Source: Somniosus microcephalus
Lineage: Eukaryota
Length of the DNA: 64,000 nucleotides
NCBI GenBank assembly: GCA_052327205.1
Contig: CM126203.1
Coordinates: 332,444,001-332,508,000 of the forward strand
Direction of reading: 5' to 3'
Shown here in pieces: positions 24,985 to 36,378 of the stretch (positions within the stretch are counted from its first letter, which is position 1; every line of letters begins with the position of its first letter). A program made the position numbers and the translations under genes. Under the pieces are notes generated by a model that saw only the letters and a program-made list of their open reading frames with translations, ran no database searches and had not been told where the DNA came from.

Positions 24985-26960
24985 AATAACAACAACTTAC
25001 TTTAATGCAAGAGAAAGCCCTAAGGCGCTTCACAGGAGCATAAACAGGCAAAAATTGACACCGAGCCAAAGAACAAGATATTAGGAGGGGTGACTTAAGT
25101 GCTTGATCAACGTGGTAGATTATAAGGAGGGTCTTAAAGGGGAAAAGAGAGGTGGAGAGGTTCAGAGAGGATATTCCAAAGTGTAGGGAATGTAGGTCAG
25201 TGAGCACAGGGGTGATGGGTGCATGGGACTTGGTGTGGGTTAGGGTATCGGCAGCAGAGTTTTGGACATGGGACTTGGTGTGGGTTAGGGTATCGGCAGC
25301 AGAGTTTTGGATCAGCTCAAGTTTATGGACGATGGAAGGCCTGCCAGGAGAGCATTGGAATAGCCGAGTCTGGAGGTTACAAAAACAGGGATGAGGGTTT
25401 CAACAGCAGATTGGGTGAGGTAGGGGTGAAGAGGGGCGATATTACAGAGGTGGAAGTAGGAGGACTTTGTGATGGAGAGGATATGGGGTTGGAAGCTTGG
25501 CTCTGGGCCAGATAATACGCCGAGGTTACAAACAGTCTGGTTCAGCCTGAGTAAGTGGCCTTGGATGGTGATGGAATCTGTGGTGAGGGAATGGAGTTTG
25601 TGGTGGGGTTGAAGACAATGGGCTGGATTTTCATTGGGCCGTGGAGTTGGGATTGGAGGCGTGTGGGGGTTTAAAATCCTGCAATCGGGGGTCCCGCCCC
25701 CATCCCGCCTCTGTCAGTTTCAAAGGAGGCGGGTACCCGCCCCGCACTGGGACCCGCCTCCCCGAGGCGGGAAGGGGATTAGTGCCAATGAACTGCTTGT
25801 TAACAGGTAGTTAACAGGCAGTTTTTAGCCTCATCCCTATTTTCATTGTTGAAATGTGGGATTCCCGACTGCTCCAAACCACGCCAAGTTAGCGAGGTGG
25901 GCCGTTGGGATGAAGGGCTTGGAGGGGTCGAGATGTCCGTTGTTCAGGTGAGTGATGGGTCCATGAGTGCAGAGGTAAGTGTGTTTGATCTGTGTAAAGT
26001 GTTTAAAGAAGTTCTACTAACCTTGACTTACCTTTACAGCCTTCCTTCCTTCAGGTCTCGCGAGTCCCTCATCTCACCGGCACAGAAAGCAGAATGGTCG
26101 CCAGCTGTCAAAATCTGCAGCCTCTGCTTTCTGTTCTGGGGAGATCTCTAAATCATCCTGAGAGGAAGGAATTAACCTGGAGTACAGTTTGTCAGTGCTG
26201 TCGGACGCTGATATTTCATCTGTCAAAAGGTCTTGACAGATGAAATTTCAACCTGTAACGTCACCTGTTGCTGGGTGGCCCTTAATTGGCCTGCTGAGTC
26301 CGCTGGGTTGGCTAGAACTCGATGGAGGCGGGACTACAACCCCAAAAGTTGTAGTCCCGCCGCCTCAATGAAAATTCAGCCCAATGGCTTTGATCTTCCA
26401 AATGTTTAATTGGAGGAAATTGTGGTTCAATCAGGACTGGATGTTGGAGAAGCAGTCTGTTCAGCACAGAGGCAGTAGAGGAGTTGAGAGAGGTGGTGGT
26501 GAGGTAAAGCTGGGGCTGGTCAGCGTACATGCGAAACCTGACGTAATTTCTTCAGATGATGTCACCAAGGGGGGGGTGGGGGGGGGGGGGGGAAACATGT
26601 AGATGAGAAATTTGAGGGAGCCAAATTCCTTGGTGGACTCCAGTGATAATGGTGTGTGTGGGAAGAGAAGCCATTGCAGGAGCTTCTATAGCTACAACCA
26701 AATCGGTAAGATTGGAACTAGATGAGGACAGTCCCACAACGGAGGAGCGCCATTGGAGGAAAGATGGGCACGGATTTGGGGAGCAACAACATGCTTAACA
26801 ACTTTCGAGAGGACGGGGAGGTTGGAGATAGGGTGATAGTTTGCAAGATTTGAGGGTGGGGTTTTTGAGAAGGGGGTGATGATGGCAGATTTGAAAGGTA
26901 GGGCGACAGTACCTGAGGAAAGAGAACAGTTTACAATGTTGGCCAGGAAGGGAAGTGGGT
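24985..26960 (-). mobile_element. Degraded L2-like LINE interrupted by a Harbinger MITE
   Basis: (caa)n tail at left; minus-strand MYADQPQLYLTT (YADD-like); flanks rejoin across the MITE (gaagacaat|ggctttgatc). Confidence 0.75.
25620..26382. mobile_element. PIF/Harbinger-type non-autonomous element
   Basis: TIR GGGCTGGATTTTCATTG / CAATGAAAATTCAGCCC; 3-bp TSD AAT on both sides. Confidence 0.8.
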
Positions 26961-28239
26961 AACCAAGTTGTCGATCACATCACCTAATGCTTACACAATA
27001 TATTGCACACTGTCTGTTCCTTTTCCTTTTATCAATATTGTTTTCTTCTCTTTCCCACCCCATCCCTACAAAATGCCATGGATAATTTTTCTTATGTTAA
27101 AGGCACTATGTTGTGCTCAGTTTTTGGTAAACAAATTTTGCTGTAGAAATTACAGACTGTCTCCTCCTCCCCCAAATGGTTATTAGACTCAACAAACCAT
27201 ACAGAAGTTAAAAGACATAGATTTTTACATAATTCCCTTTTGAACTACCCCTGTAGCCATAACTAACTGTGTTAAGCATAAACAAGATAGAATGCAAGAG
27301 GTTCAGAACAACCTCCACTGCTAGAAATGCTGATAGTATTGTATCTGCCAGAGCATGTTACATCAGGCCAGATAGAATCAGCTATGGGCTGCTCCAAGAT
27401 CCCTGCAAATACTGTTCTTGAGCTGACTGATAAGTGCGCAGGAGCAGCTGGGTGTTTGCTGCTTGTGGATCAAGATCAGAATTAACAATTTTTTTTCTGT
27501 TGCTGCTTGGGGTCTGTTGGAAAGAAGGAGTTGGATGAGCTGACTGGTCTTTTGATTCTACATTATGTTCTTGTGCAAGCTACCCTGGGGAACAGCTTGC
27601 TCTCATCTGGAATTTAGTGGCATTGAACTGAATTTGTATTATAGGGTGGGGAATTTGTCCAGGGAATAAATTTACTCTTCTGGAACGTACCCTTCTCATG
27701 ATTACACTGATATGGAGTAGCCTGGAGTTGGAACATTAATGTCTTGGAGCCCATTTATATTGAACAGATCCTTCAAAGCAGAAATTTGAATCTGTAAGAA
27801 ATTATACAGACTTTGTTTCTCTTACCGCAGCTGCTTTCCACTCTCTTTTCTAACCCCCCCCCCCCCTCCAAAAAAAAAGACTGTGAAGGACTTCCTGGGG
27901 TTGAGAGATGTAAGATGAACCCAACTGTTGAACCAGTTAAGATTAGTACTGGGACTGTACTGTAACATTTTCCTTCCTAGATGTAATGTAATACTTTCTC
28001 CTATTCCTGCGTAATAAGCATTTTCCAGAGGTGTTGCCTCTTGTATAAATCAGTTTTTTCAAATTCGGATCCCAATATTTTTGTTCCACTTTTTAGCAAG
28101 TTTAAAAAATATTTTTTCCTTCTCATTCCCTGTGCTAGGAAAGGGGAATTTTACACAGTAAGTTGCTATGATCTGGAATGCACTGCTTGAAAGGGTGGCC
28201 AAATGACCTTCTCCTGCTCCTACTTCTTATGCACTCATC

Positions 28240-29880
28240 AGGTAAGTGGAGAGAATTCCATCACATGCCTTGTAGGTGGTGGAGAGACTTTGGGGAGTCA
28301 GGAGATGTGTCACTCGCCACAGGATACCCAGGCTCTGACCGGCTCTTATAGTCACAGTATTTATGTGGCTGGTCCAGTTAAGTTTCTGGTCAATGGTGAC
28401 TTCCAGGATGTTGATACAGGAAACTTTGTGCTATCCGGCACCGATGGGACCGAGCTGTTGCCGTCCCATCAAAACTGCCGGACAAACCAGCGCTAATGTT
28501 GAAACATACGGAGATTTTGAGCTCCGTATCTGGCAACAAACCCTGTTGCTTTTTCTAAACAGTCGGCCGTACCTTGCAAGCGTCTCTGTAGCTTAGCAAC
28601 AGCTTCAGCGAGACCTTGCAGAGCCTGACTGGTGAAAAAAAAGCAACGAAAAGAAAAAAAACCTAACGAAACGGCTCTTGACTTTTGCCGGTGGCTCGAG
28701 CATTCCGGACAGTTAACCTCCGGATAAACCAAAGTTTCCTGTAATGGGGGATTTGACAATGGTAATGCCATTGAATGTTAAGGGGAAATGGTTAGATGCT
28801 CCCTTGTTGGAGATGGTCATTGCCTGGCACATCTGTGGCGCGAATGTTACTTGCTACTTATCAGCACAAACCTGGATGTTGTACAGGCCTTTCTGCATAT
28901 GGGCATGGACTGGTTCATTATCTGAGGAATCGTGAATGGAATTGAACACTGCAGTCATCAGCGAACATCCCCCTTCTGGTCTTATGATGGAGGGAAGATC
29001 ATTGATGAAGCAGCTGAAGGTGATTGGGCCCAGGACACTACCCTGAGTAACTCCTGCAGCGATGTCCTGGGGCTGAGATGATTGGCCTACCACGACCATA
29101 ACCATCTTCCTTTGTGCCAGGTATAACTCTAGCCAGTGGAGAGTTTTCCCCCTGATCCCCATTGACTTCAGTTTACTAGGCCTCCTTGGTGGCACACTCA
29201 GTCAAATGCTGCCTTGATGTCAAGGGCAGTCACTCACACCTCACCACTGCAATTCAACTCTTTTTTTTCCATGTTTGAACCAAGACTGTAATGAGGCCTG
29301 GAGCCGAGTGGTCAAGGCGGGACCCAAACTGAGCATTGGTGAGTAAGTGCTGCTTGGCTGATGGGACGTTAATTGGCCAGATTGGATTTGTCCTGCTTTT
29401 TGTGGACAGGACATACCTGGGCAACTTTTCACTTTGTCCAGTAGATGCCAGTGTTGTAACTGTACTGGAACAGCTTGGCTAGAGGCGCAGCTAGTTCTGG
29501 AGCACGTCTTCTGAACTACAAGCGGGATGTTGTCGGGGCCCATTGCCTTTGCTGTATCCAGTGCACTCAGCCGTTTCTTGATATCACTTGGAGTGAATTG
29601 AATTGACTGAAGACTGGCATTTATGATGGTGGGGACTCTAGGAAGAGGCCAAGATGGATCATCCACCTGGCACTTCTGGCTGAAGATGGTTGCGAATGCT
29701 TCAGCTTTGTCTTTTGCATTCACGTGCTGGGATCCAGCATCGATGGGGTGTTCATGGAGCCTCCTCATCCCATTAGTTGTTTAATTGCCCACCATCATTC
29801 ACAACTGGATGTGGCAGGGCAGCAGAGCTTTGATCTGATCTGTTGTTTGTGGGATGATTGCATAGCTTTGTCTATAGCAA
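28240..29880 (-). mobile_element. CR1-group LINE fragment (same family as 18700-19690)
   Basis: Minus-strand GVTQGSVLGPITFSCFINDL and LDTAKAMGPDNIP. Confidence 0.85.
28417..28741. mobile_element. CAGGAAACT-family MITE (325 bp)
   Basis: TA|CAGGAAACTTTG...CAAAGTTTCCTG|TA; inverted near-copy of 55392-55716. Confidence 0.9.
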
Positions 29881-30492
29881 ACCTGGGCAAGGTGCTACAG
29901 TTTGTCTGCCTGGGCTGAGGAGAAAAAAAAGTTGTTTCTCCTCATCACTGACCAATGACCCTTGTTGGAAATGTTTGGTTGAGATGGGGCCCCTCGTTGA
30001 ATGGTGCTCATTATTTAGGATTTTGAATAACTGCTATTCAGATGAAGTATTGAGGGATCACCACCTGTAGGCCTGTACCCCATTAGGAGGATGAGTAAGT
30101 GGAAAAAATCAGAGTATGGAGAAAAAGATAGATCTTTTATACCATCTAAATACTTTCAGAATGTTTTTTCTTGTATGTAGATATTTTTAAGCCCTATAGG
30201 GAGGTAGCTTGTACCATACTACTCTGCACCTGTTTGCTGGGAAGGGCATGAGAGCAAACTGGGGTGAGACGTTCTGTGAATTTTCCTCATTCCCTGTAGA
30301 AGTGCCTCAACTTAACACCTTACCTGGGCTGAGGTGTTGCAGACGGCAGTCCTTGTGGTACGAATTCATGACTAGATGTGTTGGTATATGTTGACATCCT
30401 GTACGAGATGCATTGAAAGGATGGTTGGGAGCCAATAGGAGAATTGGATTATCAGATAACAATGCAGCCAGCAGTCTGTATATTTGCCAATT

Positions 30493-30910
30493 ACAACAAC
30501 AACTTGTATTTATATAGCGCCTTTAATGTAATAAAATGTCACAAGGTGCTTCACAGGAGCGTTATCAAACCAAATTTGACACCAACCACATGGAGATATT
30601 AGGGCAGATGACCAACAGCTTGGTCAAAGAGGCAGGTTTTATGGAGTGTCTTAAAAGAGGGTGGAGAGGTTTAGGGATGGAATTCCAGAGCTTGGGGCCT
30701 TGGCAGCTGAAAGCACAACCGCCATTGGTGGTATTATTAAAATTGGTGTGCTCAAGAGGCAAGAATTGGAGGAGCGCAGATATCTCTGAGGGTTGTAGGG
30801 CTGAAGGATATTACGGAGGAAGGGAGAGGCGAGGCCATGGAGTGATTTAAAAACAAGGACCAGAATTTTAAAATCGAGGCGTTGCTTAAACAGGAGCCAA
30901 TGTAGGTCAA
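30493..30910 (-). mobile_element. L2-like LINE 3' fragment
   Basis: acaacaacaacttgtatttatatagcgcc tail; minus-strand GGCAFSCQGPKLWNSIP. Confidence 0.75.
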
Positions 30911-30971
30911 TGTAATTAAATAGAAATTAGTCTATCTGCAAATGATTATAAGGCAGTAATCAATTTAAGAG

Positions 30972-31193
30972 ATAACAACAGAAAATGCTGGAAAAACTCA
31001 GCAGGCCAGGCAGCATCCGTGGAGAGAGAAACAGAGTTTCAGGTCGAAGACCTTTCGTCAGTTCTGATGAAAGGTCTTCTGACCTGAAACGTTAACTCTG
31101 TTTCTCTCTCCACGGATGCTGCCTGGCCTGCTGAGTTTTTCCAGCGTTTTCTGTTATTTCAGATTTCCAGCATCCGCAGTATTTTGCTATTGT
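30972..31193. mobile_element. Non-coding PLE-derived hairpin element with back-to-back hammerhead cores
   Basis: Inverted arms; + strand CTGATGA-A-AGGTC-TTCT-GACCT-GAAA-CGTT; - strand CTGACGA-A-AGGTC-TTC-GACCT-GAAA-CTC; 13-bp TSD atcaatt(t/g)aagag at 30959-30971 and 31194-31206. Confidence 0.85.
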
Positions 31194-32115
31194 ATCAATT
31201 GAAGAGGTTTAGATGACATCATGAACCAATGAAAGTTCAGCTCTAACTTTTTGTACTGTTACTAATAATGATTGTGATAATGCCACTCCACAGCGGATTC
31301 CCATGAAGTTACATGTCCTGTATTTTACTTAACGAAGCCTAAATAAAAAGAATTCATACTTAAAAACAGACCACTTATTGATATGCCATTATCAGGGGGG
31401 GAAAAAGTTAGTGGTGATTAAGCCTTTGTAGTTTCCACTACATTTTAATTAGCTTGCTGGGTTTTCTGAGAGCTTTGCTCAAACACTGCAGTCATTTGTA
31501 TTCAGCTTAATTTATGAAACATCAGCTCAAAGGTGTACTGGATTGCTGACTATTAACAGGTCTGTTAAAGGAAATGTCTCAACATTAATGACTTTATCTG
31601 AAGTGATATGCTCCTATTGGATGCTGGGTACCATTTGAAAACTTCATGCATTCGTGAACCATAAATAGCAAAAAAAATTGGTGGTTAAGTAAACTGAGGA
31701 TAAATACTAGATGGTTGTCAGGGAGGGGATTAAAAGACTAATCTAATCGAGGAGTTCAGATAACATCACAAACTGCGAGACGAAAGCTCAAGCAATTTGC
31801 CAGCTGAACTGCGAGATTGTGTTACCCCTGTAATACTCTGATAGACAACTAGTATTTATATATTATATTATATATAGAGCTACTTTTGAAACATTTGACA
31901 GCAGCCGCTTTTGATATTGTGGGTTAGTATCAAGTGATGTAGTACATCACAGGATATCTGGTTATTTCAGTGCATGCAATTCACCCTCCATATTATTATG
32001 CAAGGGCGTAACCGAATTTATATTTTATGAATTAATTGATTATGCATGTTATTTTACTGTTCTCGCAGTCTAATTTCACAAGTTGAACAAAAGAAATATT
32101 AACATGCTACCCCCA

Positions 32116-32400
32116 TGGCTCATTGTTAAGTTTGCTGCCTAGCATGGAGCTGAACCACACATCAGGAAGGTTCAGGCTCAATCCCCAGTCTCTGCTAAGT
32201 TTGCTGATCTTGGCCGGAAAGGTGGCAGGGAATTTAAATTGGCCTCCGTATCATAGAGTAAGGGAAGGAAAAATCAGCCAGGGTTCCCATTTCTGATTGC
32301 TGCTCTTCCTGGCAAATACGCATAAGTAGATTTTTGATTCAACAGTAAGAACAGGATCAGGCTTGGCTGTGGTACCTCCATGGTTAAATAATCTTTTGCT
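32116..32400 (+). mobile_element. AmnSINE2-like SINE
   Basis: ggctcattgttaagtttgctgc...gaaccacacatcaggaaggtt...ggaaaaatcagccagggttccc...aggatcaggcttggctgtg. Confidence 0.6.
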
Positions 32401-32409
32401 GCTTACTAA

Positions 32410-32850
32410 AAACACTCAGCAGGTCAGGCTGCATCTGTGGAGAGAGAAACAGGTTTCAAGCCGATGACCTTTCATCAGAACTGGAAGAAGTTAGAGATTT
32501 AACAGTTTATAAGCAAGTGCAGAGCCAGGGAAAATGGTGGGGAAAGAACAAAGGTGAAGGTCTGTGATTGGGTGGAAGGCAGGAGTGATTAAATGACAAA
32601 AGGAATAATGGTGCAAGGCAAAAGGGGTTAGTAATGGGACAAGTAAAGAAACAAAAGATGGGTCCAGAGGAGGTGTAACTGGTTGCAGCAGAACATTTTC
32701 CAGCATCTGCTGTCTGAGAAAGTGGGAGTGGTGGCTATGATCTAAAGTTGTTGAACTCAATGTTGAGGCCAGAAGGCTGTAACGTGCCTAATCGAAAGAT
32801 AAGGTGCTGTTCCTCAAGCTTGCATTGAACTTCATTGGAACAGTGTAGGA
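32410..32850 (-). mobile_element. PLE 3' fragment (same family as 9560-10890)
   Basis: Reverse complement of the GIY-YIG C-terminus (EEQHLIFRLGTLQPSG) plus 3' repeat with a degenerate hammerhead. Confidence 0.8.
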
Positions 32851-33037
32851 CAGAGAGGGGTGGAGAATGAAAGTGGCTTTAAGGTTGTTAGAGGGTTTGA
32901 ATGCACAGTCTTCTGACTTGGAGGAGAAAGTGCTGTTATCTGCGCCAGGCTAACTCGAAAGGCCGAAACACAATTAAAGTGATGTGATGTAAGAAGTCAC
33001 ACAACACCGCGTTATAGTCCAACAGCTTTATTTGAAA

Positions 33038-33074
33038 TCACAAGCTTTCGGAGCGCTGCTCCTTCGTCAGGTGA
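33038..33074 (-). ncRNA. Minimal type I hammerhead ribozyme motif, canonical core
   Basis: Minus strand TCAC-CTGACGA-A-GGAGC-AGC-GCTCC-GAAA-GCTT-GTGA: stem I TCAC/GTGA, stem II GGAGC/GCTCC, AGCT palindrome. Confidence 0.8.
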
Positions 33075-33269
33075 AGTGGAGAGATGCCTATAAACACAGC
33101 TTATATAGTCAGAGAATACTGCCAGATGATTACAGGTAATCTTTCTAACTGCCCTTTATCACACCTCGGCAGAGAGATAATCACAGCAATCAAAGGTGTG
33201 AATGGTGTCCAAACAGGTCAGTCAGGAAAACATTACATCAAAGAACAATGAGGTGGGGTCACAAGGGGT

Positions 33270-33414
33270 CAAATGTTGCAGATGCTGGGGTCTGTATGAA
33301 AAACAAAAAACAAACAAAAAACTATTTTTTTGCTGGAAATCACAGCAGGTCCGGCCGCATCTGTGTAGAGAGAACAAGCCACCGACGACTCGAGTCTGGA
33401 TGACTCTACGTCAG
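33270..33414 (-). mobile_element. Pseudo-LTR fragment of another PLE family inserted in the 3' region of the large PLE
   Basis: gatgctgg...tgctggaaatcacagcaggtccggccgcatctgtg; minus-strand degenerate hammerhead CTGACGT-AGAGTC-ATCCA-GACTC-GAGT. Confidence 0.55.
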
Positions 33415-34185
33415 GTGGGGTTTTATGTAGCGTGACATGAACCCAAGATCTCGGTTCAGGCCGTCCTCATGAGTGCGGAACTTGGCTATCAGTTTCTGCT
33501 CGACGATTTTGTTGTCGTGTGTCTCGAAGGCCGCCTTGGAGAATGCTTACTCGAAGATCGGAGGCTGAATGTCCTTGACTGCTGAAGTGTTCCCCGACTG
33601 GGAGGGAACACTCCTGCCTGGCGATTGTTGTGCGGTGTCCGTTCATCCGTTGTCAGTGTCTGCATGGTTTCGCCGATGTACCATGCTCCTTTCCTGCAAT
33701 GTATGAGGTAGACAACGTTGGCTGAGTCACATGAGTATGTACCATGTACTTGGTGGGTGGTGTCCTCACGTATGATGATGGTATCTGTGTTGATAATCTG
33801 GCATGTCTTGCAGAGGTTGCCGTGGCAGGGTTGTGTGGTGTCGTGGTCGCTGTTCTCCTGAAAGCTGGGTAATTTGCTGCGAACGATGGTCTGTTTGAGG
33901 TTAGGCGGCTGTTTGAAGGCGAGTAGTGGAGGCGTGGGGATGGCCTTAGCGAGGTGTTCATCATCATCATCGATGACATGTTGAAGGCTGCGAAGAACAT
34001 GGCGTAGTTTCTCCGCTCCGGGGAAGTACTGGACGACGAAGGGTACTCTGTTGGTTGTGTCCCGTGTTTGTCTTCTGAGGAGTTCTATGCGATTTTTCGC
34101 TGTGGCCCGTCTGAACTGTCGATCGACGAGTCGAGCGTCATATCCCGTTCTTACGAGGACGTCTTTCAGCGTCTGTAGGTGTCCA

Positions 34186-35808
34186 TCACGTTCCTCCTCG
34201 TCTGAGCAGATCCTGTGTTCGCAGGGCTTGTCCATAGGGGATGGCTTCTTTCACGTGGTTAGGGTGGAAGCTAGAGAAGTGGAGCATCATGAGGTTGTCC
34301 GTGGGCTTGCGGTAGAGTGAAGTGCTGAGGTGTCCGTCTTTGATGGAGATTCGTGTGTCCAAGAATGAAACCGATTCTGAGGAGTAGTCCATGGTGTGTT
34401 TGATGGTGGGATGGAACTTGATGTTATCGTGTAGTCTTTTCAGTGATTCTTCGCCGTGGGTCCATAGGAAGAAAATGTCGTCGATGTATCTGGTGTATAG
34501 TGTTGGTTGGAGGTCCTGTGCAGCGAAGAAGTCTTGCTCGAACTTGTGCATGAAGATGTTGGTGTATTGGGGTGCGAATTTGGTCCCCATGGCTGTTCCG
34601 TGTGTTTGGGTAAAGAACTGGTTGTCGAAGGTGAATACATTGTGGTCAAGGATGAAGCGGATGAGTTGTAGGATGGCGTCTGGAGATTGGCTGCTGTTAG
34701 TGTTGAGTACTGAGGCTGCCGCAGCAATGCCGTCATTGTGGGGGATACTGGTGTAGAGTGCCGAGACGTCCATCGTGGCGAGGAGTGTTCCTGGTTCAAC
34801 TGGTCCGTGGGTGCTAAGTTTCTGTGAGAAGTCTATAGTGTCGCGACAGAAGCTGGGGGTTCCCTGTATGATGGGTTTCAGGATGCCCTCGACGTATCCA
34901 GAGAGGTTCTCACACAGGGTTCCGTTGCCTGATACGATAGGACGTCCGGGTGTGTTGGCTTTGTGTATCTTTGGGAGGCAGTAGAAGTCTCCCACGCGGG
35001 GAGTACGTGGGATGAGAGCGCGTAGGATGCCTTGAAGGTCTGGATCAAAGGTCTTGATCAGTCTGTTGAGTTGGCGGGTGTGTTCTTTGGTCGGATCTGC
35101 GGGTAACTGTCTGTAGTGTTCCTGGTTGTCCAGTTGTCGGTATGCTTCTTTGCAATAGTCGGTTCTGTTCTGTATGAGGATGGCTCCTCCTTTGTCTACT
35201 GGTTTGATGACGATGTTGCGGTTGGTCTCGAGAGCATGGATGGCGTTGTGTTGTGCTCTGATGACATTCTGGACTGTCTTGTGAGTGCGGCTGATGAATC
35301 TGGCATTAATGCATCTCCTGACAGCTTGAGCATACATGTCAAGCTTAGGGCAGCGACCCTCCGGAGGGGTCCAATTTGACTCTTTCTTCAGTTGCTGCAC
35401 TGCAGATCCCCCTGTCTGCTGTTCCGGATCATTGATTGTCTCATTGGGTTCGCTGCTGAAATCTTGGGATTTGTGGAAGAATTCCCGGAGCCTCATTCTC
35501 CTGATGAATTCCTCTGTGTCTGCCGCGAGACCGATGGGGTTCATTTTGGTGGTGGGGCAGAAATTGAGCCCTCGGCTGAGAACTTCGATTTCGTCTGGTT
35601 GAAGGGTGTGGTCGGACAAGTTGACAATGGACTTCCCTGTGGTTTCAACCGTGGTACCGGGGGAGGCTTGGTTGCTGCTGGTGGTGGTGCCGAGTTTCTC
35701 AAGCTTCCTGTTCTTGGTGTGTATGTAGGCAGCGTAGTTCCGTTGCCTCGTCTGTTTGGCGGTGTCTCGTAGCTGGTCTGCTGTGTCCTGAGCACAGGCT
35801 GAGAACAT
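34186..35808 (-). pseudogene. PLE reverse transcriptase ORF (540 aa open segment)
   Basis: LSRGLNFCP, IKPVDKGGA, FYCLPKIHK, GRPIVS, MDVSALYTSIP, QTHGTAMGT, YTRYIDDIF, SFLD, LYRKPT; frameshift before the endonuclease. Confidence 0.9.
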
Positions 35809-36040
35809 GGACTCTATCTTGGTTTTGAGGTTGTGGCGTCTGCTGTAGAGCTGGTGTACGAGATGGTTGAGGAGTGTACGAGATGGTTGAGGAGTGTGCG
35901 AGAGGTATGACGGCAGAGTCTCTCAGCGTCGTCTGTGTTGTAAGTCGACTTGAGTGGGTTCGTGATCTGTAGTCCTTTCGGGATCTTGTCTGCTTTCTTG
36001 CATCTCTGTAGAAACTTGATGTCTGTGTCGATATGCGGAT

Positions 36041-36378
36041 TTTGAAAGGAATTGCTAGGGTAGATAGAAACCTTTTTCGCTGGTGGGGCAGTTTAGGACA
36101 AGGGGACATAACCTTAAAATCAGAGCCAGGCCATTCAGGAGAGAAATTAGGAATCACTTCTTCACGCAAAGGGTGGTAGAACTCTCCCACAAAAAGCGGT
36201 CGATACTAGCTCAATTAATCATTTTAAACCTGAGATCTATAGATTTTTGCTAGCCATGGGTATTAAGGGATTTGGAGCTAAGGCGGGTGGATGGAGTTAG
36301 GATACAGATCAGCCATGGTCTCATTGAATGGCGGAACAGGCTTGAAGGGCTGAATGGCCTAATCCTGTTCCTATGTCT
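36041..36378 (+). mobile_element. CR1 3'-end fragment
   Basis: ggacaaggggacataaccttaaaatcagagccagg...ggcctaatcctgttcctatgt. Confidence 0.75.

Larger units (their letters stand above)
32989..36040 (-). mobile_element. Large Penelope-like retrotransposon (RT + GIY-YIG, frameshifted)
   Basis: RT in ORF 34186..35808; GIY-YIG in ORF 33489..34235 (CHGNLCKTC, NVVYLIHCRKGAWYIGET); 3' end has hammerhead then AATAAA. Confidence 0.93.

Noticed and set aside
29858-30070. ORF containing TNDPCWK, resembling DYM ENDPFWN
   Set aside because: It lies in an AmnSINE2-like relic (gacccttgttggaaa motif), flanking residues do not match DYM, and I saw no fitting splice donor.
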